Source: Diadema antillarum (taxonomy: Eukaryota). Taken from it: 64,000 nt of DNA. The position numbers were made by a program, and so were the translations under genes. A model generated the notes under the pieces. That model searched no databases, was not told the origin of the DNA, and saw only the letters and a program-made list of their open reading frames with translations. Shown in pieces: positions 10,908 through 22,391 of the stretch. How positions within the stretch are numbered: the stretch's first letter is position 1; each line of letters begins with the position of its first letter. The DNA is taken from positions 1,364,001 to 1,428,000 of the forward strand of contig NW_027271055.1 of assembly GCF_040938485.1 (NCBI RefSeq), given 5' to 3'.

Positions 10908-13894
10908 TCACACCATTTCGGCATACTGATTTAAAACATGCAATCTTAATTTTCTCTTAAACACATTCAGCGATGAACTCTGTCTTATTTCGACCGGAAT
11001 AGCATTCCAAATTTTGGGTCCATTGAAAAATATAGAATTATATGATGGCATAGTTCTGGCATAAGGCAATGTAAATCTATCTTTGATTCTCATATCATAT
11101 CTTCTATTATCACTCATTTGAAAATAGTTCATCAAACATTTTGGAAGCATCTTCCTAAAGCATAAATACATAAAAATTGCACTTTGATAATAATATATAT
11201 CATTAGATTTTAAGATCTTCAGATTAAAAAATATAGGCGATGTATGGGCAAGAAAATCACAGTGATGAATAATACGGACCAGCTTTTTCTGCAATAAAAA
11301 CAATCTCCTGGCATTGGTCACACCTGAGTTTGCCCAAGCTATTGCACAGTAGTTTAGATGAGGTAATACGAGAGTATTATAAAGAAGAAGCAACACCTTT
11401 CTTGACAGAAATCGCAATCTATAAAATATCCCTACATTTTTTGACAATCTATTGCAGACGACACCAGTATGTTTGTTCCAATTAAGTTTGTTATCAATTG
11501 TCACACCAAGGAATTTGATCGAACAAACTTGATCAAAATTCAAATCTTTAACTACAATCTTAATATCGTTGATGTCTATCTGTCTTTTCGTGAATACCAT
11601 ATAATTTGTTTTCTTTGCATTAAGAACAAGTTTATTACAGTCTAACCAATCAAAAAATTTCAAAAATTCTTTATTAAAATCATTTTGAAGTACAACTGGA
11701 TCTCTACCCTTCATGAACATACTGGTGTCGTCCGCAAACATTATCAATTGCAAAGAATCTGAAACATTGCACATATCATTGATATATAACAAAAAAAAGC
11801 AAAGGACCAAGGATAGATCCTTGTGGCACACCACATCTTATTGTCATCATATCAGATTCAATATCACCATACACGACATATTGCTTTCTTCCACTTAAAT
11901 AGCTATCAAACCATTGTAGATTCACTCCTCTTACACCATACAAACTAAGCTTTTGCAATAAAATTGAATGGTTTAATGAATCAAAGGCTTTACTCAAATC
12001 TAAAAAAAGACCAATCATTATTTCTTTATCATCAAAAGCGTCAGCGACCTTGTGTATAAATTCAACAATGGCAGAAGATGTAGAATGTCCAGCTCGAAAG
12101 CCAAATTGCTTATTGCTAAGTATATTGCACTTTTCCAAAAAAAACAGATAAACGATTATACACACATTTTTCTAATATCTTTGAGAAAAGAGGAAGAATA
12201 GATATAGGGCGATAATTACTAACTTCTTCTTTTGACCCTCCCTTATAAATTGGAATGACCTTAGCAATTTTCATTTGATCTGGAACAATGCCCGATGTAA
12301 AAGATAAATTAATAATTGAACTCAATGGATGACATAAAATATGAATAACTTTTTTCAATATCATAACATTAACATTATCAAAACCATTACTCTTATTATT
12401 CTTGAATTTAGAAACAATGTCAATAACTTCTTTCGGGGTACATGGCAAAAAGAAAAGAGTAGATTGGTTTTTGTTGACATACCGCAAAAAATTACCAGTG
12501 CCTCGACATTTTGCGGCTAAACTTGGACCAATATTAATAAAAAAATCATTAAAAATGTTACTTATTGCATGTTCTTCAGTGACAATACTGTTATTGCACT
12601 TGATTGAGGTTGGTAAAGTTTTCTTTGACCCAGAGCCTAGTATCCCATGTATGATATTCCAAGTAATCTTCATATTTCCTGCAGCACCTTCAAATTTCTT
12701 TGCAAAATACAATCTTTTAGCTTCTTTAATTTTCTGTGTCACTTTATTTCTCAATATCTTATACTTATCATACATATCTTTACTATATTTTTTCTTACAT
12801 CTCTTATACAAGCAATATTTCTTATTACATAATTTTCTTAATGATTTATCAAACCATGGCTTATTTCTAAACTTCTTTTTCAGGACTCTCGTAGTTGAAA
12901 AACACAAATCAGAAATATACATAAACTTTTCCAAAAAAGCATCATAAGATACATTTACATCATTATCATAAACATTCCAACGAGAATTCTGCATCTCAGT
13001 AATAAAACGAGCAATATTTTCTTCATTCATAACACGTTTCATCTTAATATCAGGCTTCTCATTTTGGCATAAAGATACATTGGATATTGCAAAAATCGGG
13101 AAATGATCACTAATGTCTGCTACAATGACACCTGAGAAGACATCTTCAAGGTCATTTGTTAGAATGTTATCTATCAAAGTAGCTGAATTACTGGTGATGC
13201 GTGTTGGACTATGGATCAAAGGATAAACACTATTTGTCATACAAATATCAAGAAAGTTATTTACATTCTGAGAAAATGAAACATTAAATAAATTTAAATT
13301 ATAATCCCCTAGAAGATAAAATAATTTCTTTTCTTTATTTACAACTCTCAAAATTTCTTCTAAAACATCATTGAATAATTGCACAGATTGATCAGGTGGA
13401 CGGTATACCACACCAACTATTATATTTCTATCAGTATTCTGTATCTCAACAAATACAGATTCCATGTACAAGGTATTTACATCTAAATCTGGCCTTTGTT
13501 TAAAATTCAGAATATTATTTATGTATAATCCGACTCCTCCTCTTTTTGTTTCTCTTCCTTTTGTAATAAAAACATAATTATCAATATCAAAAAATGAATC
13601 ATTGCTTCTCAGCCACGTTTCAGAAATACATATCACTGAAAATTCCACATTCAACATATTAAGTAAGGTTAACATACCGTCAAAGTTTTTGTTTAAGCAT
13701 CGACAATTGCAATGAAAAATAGAGAACATATTTGATGACACAATATTTTGATTATTGAATTCATTTGGGGTATAAAAGGAATGAGAAGGCTCAATTACAT
13801 GGTCATCGCTGTGAATCGGAGATAAATATTCAGAAATTCTTTCAATATTGCACGAACTTAGTGATTGCTGATATCTTTCTATGTCAGTCATCAT
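10908..13894 (-). pseudogene. LINE ORF2: apurinic-like endonuclease plus reverse transcriptase, two +1 frameshifts
   Basis: Endonuclease motifs HCNCRCL, ISETWL, GDYN, SDHFPIF. RT motifs NYRPISILP, QFGFR, FLDLSKAFD, GVPQGSILGPLLF, YINDM, FADDT, KFLGVTID. Frame breaks fall at T8 runs near 12137-12144 and 11791-11798. Confidence 0.93.
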
Positions 13895-14166
13895 CAAATA
13901 TTTCAATGCACACATGCACACTCACACACACCATATACAAACAAATAAAAAATGTAGGAAATTATAGATACATACAATCAAAACATACAAAAATATAGTT
14001 ATAAACAATAATCAAAATGGCATATTGGACCCTGGAGATAAATTCTTTTTGCTTATATATTAACCTTTTATGTATATTTCATATTAACAAATAGCACAAG
14101 TTAAAAAATAATTTATATATATATATACCTGTAAATTATGAAATGTTGAAGCAGTGCTATGTGCCT

Positions 14167-14915
14167 TTACAGTAGATCAAGGTCTCTTTTCGAGTGGATC
14201 ACCTTTTTCACCATCCCCCAGCTTCTGTGGTCATTGAAACGTAGATCCGACCATCCATCGTCCAGCCATGCTTGATGTTGCTGTCGGGGGCCTTCATCTT
14301 GGAGAACGCCTCCCAGAGCAGAGCTCTCCTCAAGTCTGTCAAGTCCTCAAACATGCTGATGCCTTTGTGCTTCCCTTTGGCGTCCTTGAGCTTCTTCCTA
14401 TTCCTGAAGAGCATCTGCCGGTACCTGTACGAGGACAGCTTCACAATGATCGCTCTTGGCTTCTGTGGAGCGCTGTCAGTTGGGGGCTTCTGGCGTCTGA
14501 TGCGATGGCTCCTGTCGATTGCAGATAGGGGGAGGTCCACACCCATCACTTCCTTGGCGATGCGAAGAATGGTCTCGTCTGTGTTCTCGATGTTGCCCTG
14601 GTCAGCCTCAGGAACTCCAAAAAATCTGACACAGTTGCGCCTTGAGTATTGTTCCTGATCATCAGTTTTGTTTTTCAGTCGGATCACCTCATTTGCATTT
14701 TGTTCCCTCTCCTTCCTCAGTTGGCTGATTTCCTTTTCTAAAGACTGGCATTTGCTTTCCAGGTCAAGTACCCTGCCCTCCTGTTGTTCCAGCCTACTGA
14801 TCACCTCATTCATCTTGGCGTCGACTGCCTCCTTGACAGCTGTTTTGATCACATGGAGTACATCATTGTCCTGTAAAATTTCCTTTATCAGCGCTTTGGT
14901 GTTGCGAGTCGACAT
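14167..14915 (-). pseudogene. LINE ORF1 (coiled coil plus L1-type RRM-like region), one frameshift near the C-terminus
   Basis: MSTRNTKAL...coiled coil...EQYSRRNCVRFFGVPE...IDRSHRI...PRAIIVKL...EDLT...WTMDGRIY. Adding one G to the G5 run at 14215-14219 restores a typical end, MVKKVIHSKRDLDLL* (stop 14167-14169). Confidence 0.85.
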
Positions 14916-16403
14916 AATGGGCAAGAATTCGGCTTGATGAATGAATAGTTCCAGTGCTATGTAGCTGGCAAGGAAGGCGGAAGAAGGCACAGACACAGGA
15001 ACGATGATGTGGGACTGTAAGGCTATCTAGTCGATTCTCAGCAGCTTGTCAGGATAAAAATGACGGTTAAAAGTCTCTAAATGTAGTAGATCCACTCACT
15101 TGGTATAGGTCTTAAAACAATCTCCAGGTATTGTAGAGTCAGATGACGATGATTAAAACATGTAGTTCAGTCGAAAAACGTAAAAAGAGAAGAAAAGGAA
15201 GAGAGAGTCTGAAGAGAGTCTGAAGAGAGTCTGAAGAGCATGCAATAAATAAAATATTTCCTGACATAGCAGAAGAGCTACGAAATGACACTCATAAATG
15301 CACACACAGACCCACACACACAACTATTATACACACATTCATTACTGGCTGATTCCCATCACTGCTTACAGTAGCCCGGATCTTCCAGATCGCACGTGCA
15401 GAGACGTCTCCTTGCTCTCCACCGAAGTCAGACGTCTTACCTGTTTTTCATCACATTTTGCGTGCTAACCACTAGACATTCCCGTTGTTGAAATGAAAAA
15501 GTTTCTTACTCTACTTATGAGTAATTTCTTCTAGATTTATACTACTCCTTCACAAGTGCGGTCTTTCTTTCATGAATATGAAAATGATACTTAAAAGGGA
15601 ACGTCCCAGCTAAGCAAAAGCTCAAGTTCATTTTACAGAGCTTGGAAACTCGTAAGCAATTGCTAGTAAGAACTAGCAAAGGGTATGTTTTATGCATACG
15701 TTTTTAAGCACATGCTTGGCCTCTAAGCAATTGCTTGCGGGCAGCAAGCAATTGCTTGTGCTTGCTAGCAAAAGCTTCTGCTCGCAAGCGATCGCTTGCT
15801 TTTATGCATACGGATTCGAGTAAGAGGCTAGCACATGCAATTGCTAGCGTTTATGTACTCGGCCCACTATGTGTACATGTGCATGTTTTTGTTGTTTACT
15901 TTCCAAACTCTCACTGCTCTACTATCCCGTGAGTTTAGTCAATTTGTAGACCCTTGTTGTTAACAGTCGTTCCATAGTAGTTACGCTAATGAGGCTACCC
16001 TGGATGCAATGAACAAAATATGTTTTTGTTATAGGATCGTCGCCATCATTAGTCGAGTTCTCTGCAACACGTAACCACGAATACCCTAGTATGACGTGTA
16101 CATTATTTTTTTCATACAGATGGTTAATCATCAGTGTTAACGAATGGTGACAACAACCAATGACATCATCCGCTGAACAAGGGCATGGGAAGGGGGAGGC
16201 GGAGGGCTGCTGTCTGCTGTGAGCTTGGCTAACCAAACTCAGAAATGATAGTGGCTGCAGGAAAGTAACAACATAACATCAAAATCTTTTAAATGGTACA
16301 AATCTATCCAGAATACAAGATTTCCTAAGGAAGTCGTCAATCGATCCTCCTCCCACTCTCTAGCTCCAGATCTCTCGACAAATTACAAGAAGAGAATCAA
16401 TGT

Positions 16404-16442
16404 CAGTATCAATCAATCAATCATTCATTCATTCATTCATTC

Positions 16443-16484
<42 letters not shown>

Positions 16485-16495
16485 CCAATCAATCA
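16404..16495. repeat. (ATCA)n/(ATTC)n compound tetranucleotide repeat
   Basis: Directly visible aatcaatc/attcattc array. Confidence 0.9.
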
Positions 16496-18487
16496 TCTAA
16501 TCAGTCAACTAAGTGATGAATTCATAAAAAGATACTTCTATCTATTAATTTAAAATTCCCGTTATCCCTTAATTTGATACAAAATATATTTCACTAGTTA
16601 AATTTCCACCTTTTTCTCTGGTGCATTGTATACAATGCGAGGATGACACCCAGGGCCTATACTATAGACCTGTAAATTCTGAGGAAAATGGATAAAGACA
16701 AATTAATCATAAAAAAATAACACTATAACACGTGTTGACTTTACTGAAGATGATACGATGGACACGTTCTTCCTCTCTTTGCGAATGAGTCAAATGTTAA
16801 CAAATTTAAAAGACATCCATTGATAGCTAAATAAATGGACAAAAAAAATGTGATTCGCAGAGGGTTAATTGAATGTCGAAGGGCGAGGAATTGACTAGGC
16901 ACTTTAGTATGGGAACTTTTAAATTCTACAGAAAGAAATCATTGTGCACGTAGGCATAGCTTAGGGCTAAAAAAAAGGCGTCAGAGTGGTCTTATGTTTG
17001 TTTTTGATGTGCATGCGAAAGAATTGCCCCGAGAGTAATTTGTAATAATCATACAGAAACAATATACGGGTTATAAAGCGTTGATTTGATTTGATTTTAA
17101 TTTAAGAAGAAGAGGAAAAAATGAAATAATGTCACAGACCTGACTAGGCGTTTGCATGACGACCAGTGTTCTGATGCTGTTTATATCACCAGTTCTCCCT
17201 TTCCTATTGGATGTTTGATAGTCACAAACTTTATCCGTAGAGGGCGTTTGGCATAAAATGCGAGAGCCAGAGTTACAATGTTTTTCTTTTTTCTTTTTTC
17301 CGAGTACCGAATTTGCAAAAAGTTGTGGTCATGATCCACTGTAGGCCTATGGAAAGTCTAACCTGTGTGATTATGAGAAATGGGTGGTGTGTGTGTGGGA
17401 GGGAGATGATTCCTATAAAGTATTTGGAAAATATCCGTATTTCTTATAACATTGTTATACCTCAGAATTCTGCCATGCGGCAATTGAGAAATGTACTTTT
17501 GAATAGTCAGCAAATGTCAACATAGTTAACATCACATCACTAAATTCTCGGATTTGGTTTCCCCCCCCCCCCCCCTGATTTTTTGTGCTTCTATTGGGGG
17601 CATTGTGATGACATGTCACATAGGGCTAAGGGTACCATTCTATCACATTTTGTGTATGAAAATGTTGTTGGAAATGAAATAAATGAAATGAATGAAAAAA
17701 AAATGAAATCACACTGTCATTTTGAGGAGTCTAGATGTATCTTCTACATTCAACAGCCAACGAAAGGGAAGGAATCCTGATGTCATTTCGCTTGAACTTG
17801 ATTTCATGAAGTTTGGGTCTAAGATTATATGAACACCATTCTTACATCTATCGTCGAGGGTTCACGAAGGTTCATCTTCTATGAACAATTGAAAAAAAAA
17901 TGTTTTCGTGATGTCAATACTGAATATTCTGAATACTGTTACAAAGTATTTAGTAAATGTAATGTCACTGAAGTCTTCGTGCACTCCATATATTACTTAC
18001 TATTAGTAAGTAATATTTACTAATGTGGATCTTGCATGTGTCCACTCTCTCTCCCTCTCTCTCTCTCTCTCTCCCTCCCTTTCTCTTTCTCAGTGATTCC
18101 ATTGTATCGTTCAAGCAACATCCTTTGTATACACACACATTCACATACACAGACATACATATTATATCTATACATGTATGTATGCATATACGTATATATA
18201 AATAAATATATGTAAATGATTAAACATATATATATATATATAGCATGCATAAAAAAAAAGGTAATCCAACTTTGGAGGATTACTGTTTCATAATTGTCAG
18301 CTATTGAGAGCACAATGTCAATTATGAGGAGAGAAGAACTCTTCTTCTTTCCGTTGATATCTAATTAAGTTGACAAATGTCATGCATGACTGAGTGCATG
18401 AACTTTGAAGACAACTTAATTACATATTATCCCTTTAAAGTAACTTTGATAGACCTCTCCCATTCTGTTCTAATCTAATTCTGTATA

Positions 18488-18730
18488 CAGGCAACTCTCA
18501 TTATAACAAAGCTTCCGAGGGCAGTTTTCCCTCATTATATAGTACACTCCCATTATAACGAACATGGTCATAACAAAATTCCGGTTAACAACGAAGTGAA
18601 AAGTCAGGCCGCAACACTATCCACTCTGTACATGTGTTTTTATTGTTTATTTGTTTGGTTATAACAAAATATTGATATAACAAAAGAAAACTGCCGGTCC
18701 CGAGGACTTCATTATAACGGGAGTCCACTG
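18488..18730. mobile_element. Tc1/mariner (pogo/Tigger-like) MITE
   Basis: TA|CAGGCAACTCTCATTATAAC ... GTTATAACGGGAGTCCACTG|TA. A right-end fragment of the same family lies at about 22440-22570. Confidence 0.7.
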
Positions 18731-18883
18731 TATCAACATTTTGTCATAGCCGAAAAATAGAGCATAATATGAAAGATCTTATAGGTTGTATAACTATAAA
18801 CAACATTTTTGGGACCTGTATTTTCACTTTTTTTAAAAATAAAAGTTTCATTATAAGTGTATTCGTTATAAAGGGAGTGCATT

Positions 18884-19046
18884 CAGTGGAGGATCCAGAG
18901 GGGGGCGCAACTGGCACACGCCCCCCTTTAATTTTCGTTAAAAACAAAGAAAATAAAAAGAAAAAAGATGAAATGAAACCCGGAAGTGGCACCAGGAGAA
19001 ATATTAGTCACGCCCCCTCTTTACAGAATTCCTGGATCCGCCCCTG
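18884..19046. mobile_element. CAG(G/T)GGCGGATCCAG-family MITE with a 6-bp TSD
   Basis: TIRs cagtggaggatccag and ctggatccgcccctg, flanked by direct repeat TGCATT (18878-18883, 19047-19052). Confidence 0.8.
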
Positions 19047-20956
19047 TGCATTGCATCACAGCCAACATAAACATAATCTAGATTTGCACTCCTTGGTAAA
19101 TTGATGATCAATGAATAAGATTTAGGGCAAACAACACAAAGAATACGACATGTCAGCTGCTTCTTCTAAAAGTATGCACAATCTTTTTATATGACAAAAA
19201 TCCCTTATCCCTTGACAGCTATCATGAACATTACACATTATACAAACTATAGCATCTCCCTCTCTCATCAAGGTTAGTTATCACATGAAATATGCACGAT
19301 ACATCTTTGACCGAAAGATCGGTCTGTATCTGGTCGTCGGGGAAATGTTCCGTGGAGACTGCGTCTGGCTTCACAGATCCCCTCCTTCTCTACGGAGGAG
19401 AGAGATAACGTTAAAAATAAAAGACTCCTCCGGACAGATGGATCTTTCTGTCTAGGTTTTGGAATGTGCTGACTGAATCAGATGGTAGTGACATACGAAG
19501 TGATGCCAACACGGCCATTCATGTTTGTACATTAAAAATTCTTCATCATGGAGTCTTCGTACTCACGCATTAATACAGGGAACCAAAACAAGGACCTAAA
19601 CCCGTGACAATTTTACATTGTTATATCATGGTTTCTCACTATATCAGTGTACAAAAAAAAAAAAAAATATAAAGAGTTTGGACGTGAAAAATCATCTTGA
19701 TATAAGAGGGTTTTGTTATATTCATCCTCTTTCTAACAAGGTTCCACTGTACCGTCAACCTTGCCTCAGTTTAACTCATACAAATTAAAATAAAAGATTA
19801 AGTTGAAGAAAACTTCTCCACTGGATGGATATAAATATGTACTAATTCTATTGTGCAAATCAAAATTCACAAAAGTCACAGGATATTCTCCAGTCTCCTT
19901 ATATTCAACGTAGACAAGGTTGACTGAAATTCTTTCCACTGTGAGCCCTTTAACCCGATCAGTTCCACCAGCATCTACACTGATCATGTTGTCTATGGTA
20001 TTTCAAATCTGTGGTTATGTAAGGATACATACTTGAAACTGAGATTGTAATAAACCAAGTTACATTCTTGTTATCTACAATGTGACGTCAAGACCTCAAT
20101 TCAAATCCAGTAAAGCTCACTCATCACATTTGGGAAGTTGAGACAAAGTAACGTGATGATTTTTTTTTTTCTCAGGTTACATCTGATGATATTCTTTGTC
20201 GAAATTCAGAAGTCCACCAACCCACCAGATGTCAAATTGATTTCATGGTCACAACAGAGATAGTCTGGTGTTGACTGCCCTGCTTAACTGATATTTTCAC
20301 TTCCATAAACACAAAAGGCACCGCAAGAAGAATGCTCTGTGCACAATGTGGTTCAACTCTTTGATGTGTCAATTTACACTTGTGATTTTATCTTCATCCA
20401 CATTTACAGAACACACGCAGGACAAAATGCATTTAAAAAAAAAATGAGTTACCAACATTTACATACCATGACGGGATAGGAATAGAACACATCAACCCAC
20501 AGGAGTATTTCTGCAACTTGGTTACCCATACAGGTGTACAATTGATCCAACAGATAACCTACGATGTCTTCTCATTTACGATGTCACTCAACGTGTAACT
20601 CTGAAATCAGAATCTGATGAAATCCAGCCATCACAAATACACAGACAAAGCTTAGATGCACAAAACTAGACCTGTTTGTAATGTTACCAACATATAAAGG
20701 GAAGTTCCACTTTGCTTCTAACTGGACTGCTTGAGCATCCCCAAAAACCATCTCTGTGCTGGTGGCTGCACAGAGAACACTATACGCATTCACTTTGTGT
20801 GTGAAGTCTTTCAAGTAACGCATGTGGGTGATGCATATGCGTTTGGGAGGGGGGGGGGGAGTTATGGCATTTGGTGACATGAAATGCAATTTACATGTGG
20901 AGTCCTGAAAAGCTAAATCTATCACATATGTACAGGGAGAGTTGGTGGAGCAGACA

Positions 20957-21046
20957 TCATCTCTTCTTGAAGCCATACTTCTTCCTCTCGTAAAACAGGT
21001 CAGTCTTAGAGCTCCCTAGGTTGACAATCTTTGGACAGCCATCCCG
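20957..21046 (-). CDS. PHF5A: PHF5A (SF3b14b/Rds3) coding exon 3
   Basis: [29 protein letters not shown] following acceptor ttttgtcctcag; matches the known PHF5A C-terminus. Confidence 0.97.
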
Positions 21047-21051
21047 CTGAG

Positions 21052-21166
21052 GACAAAATGTAAAATTAAAAGACATTGGTCAAAATGTGAAATCAAAAGA
21101 CATTGGTCAAAATGTGAAATCAAAAGACATTGGTCAAAATGTAAAATCAAAAGACATTGGTCAAAA
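21052..21166. repeat. 27-bp tandem repeat, about 4 copies, abutting the PHF5A exon 3 acceptor
   Basis: Unit aaaagacattggtcaaaatgtgaaatc. Confidence 0.9.
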
Positions 21167-21764
21167 AGTTTTGTTCACCTATTCATCTAACCAGAGAAAA
21201 TTAACTTTTCATACTTCATTCAGCTGCAAGAATAGAGTAATGAAAAAGAGAACCAGTTCAAGTCTTTCTTTATAAACATGTGTGCTACATTTTATATACA
21301 AATACTCTCCCCACGTTGTTCTCTTCTTTTTTTTCTGGACATCTGGGAAAAGCAAGAAAATTTCTTCTCTATACAATTTGGTCCGAAATGCACATCAATA
21401 ATATACACAGATAATAGATAACTACCAAAAGCTGGTAGTTTCCAAATCCAAAGTATTTAAAACGTATACGCAAACTTTGCATTAACATGTGAATGCACTG
21501 ATTTCACACTGTATGATTTATGATGTCAAAAGAACAGACCAGGAAGTTTGCACTTCTTCCTGTCTCTCTATATACTTATTTACTATTATGAGAACACAAA
21601 CGTAGAGTTCTGATTTTATCAATCCTATACAAATGACTTAGATGTTGGTCTTTGATTTACATGTGGTACATTCGTTTATACATGCAGGCAGATGTTAGGG
21701 ACATAATTCAATATCTAGTGTGCTGCTTCTTTTGAAGAAAACCAGTGGGGTATGTATAACTCAC

Positions 21765-21955
21765 ATCTTTTTCTTGTATGGTGCATTCTTTGCAGTAGTA
21801 GGCATCTGACACTCCTGGACCCCCACAGATCACACAGCGCCCCTGGTAGGATCCGTAGTTACATTCATCACAGATGCGCACAAGTGTGCATGGTCTGACG
21901 TACGAGTCGCAGATTACACATTTCCCGTCACACTTCTCGCACACCCTGCCAATAG
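21765..21955 (-). CDS. PHF5A: PHF5A coding exon 2 (zinc-knot core)
   Basis: (A)[63 protein letters not shown]; acceptor cag at 21956-21958, donor GTGAGT; 191 nt. Confidence 0.98.
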
Positions 21956-22227
21956 CTGGGATACGGGGAAAAGAAAGCAGAGTTAGTAATGTACATTTCC
22001 TGACCGTACTTCAAACAACTGACAGCACTGGTAAGAATGACTTTGTTTCTAAAATACAAACATGAAAAGCTGTTATGACAAAGGTAATCTGTGAAGATTA
22101 ATACTATTCAAGTTTAACTTAATAAGCAGAGATAACCATTAGGGAAAAAAAAGATTTCTGAAGCAAACTGATGTTCTAAAATTTGATAAATCTACATACA
22201 GTACAATTCCATCATGATGAACATAGC

Positions 22228-22391
22228 CAGGGCTCGACAGTAGTGGTGGCCCGGTAGCCCAGGGCCACCAAAAAGGCACGTCGGGCCACCAAAATTTCAC
22301 AAATGAAGAATTTGATGGCCTTATCGGGCCACCAAAAAGGTCGGATGTTTGCCTTTGGGCCACCAAAAATAAAAGTTAGTGTGGAGCCCTG
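22228..22391. mobile_element. CAGGGCTCGACA-family MITE with a 7-bp direct flank
   Basis: cagggctcgaca ... tgtggagccctg flanked by ACATAGC on both sides (22221-22227, 22392-22398). Confidence 0.8.

Larger units (their letters stand above)
10647..15440 (-). mobile_element. Near full-length non-LTR retrotransposon, CR1/L2 group (Crack/Daphne-like)
   Basis: Putative 5' UTR, ORF1, ORF2 (APE plus RT), then a 3' UTR ending AATAAA (10667-10672), TCTGAATCT and an A11 tail (10647-10657). The 5' boundary is approximate. Confidence 0.9.
10393..15865. mobile_element. PIF/Harbinger-type non-autonomous DNA element split by the LINE
   Basis: Left TIR GGGCCGAATGCATAAAACAAGCAATTGC; right TIR reverse complement GGGCCGAGTACATAAACGCTAGCAATTGC. 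Both arms (10393-10560 and 15600-15865) carry AAGCAATTGCTT repeats. The 3-bp flanks att/act are an imperfect match. Confidence 0.65.

Noticed and set aside
12402-12947. 181-aa plus-strand ORF (and 14268-14937 plus-strand ORFs)
   Set aside because: Antisense shadows of LINE ORF2 and ORF1.
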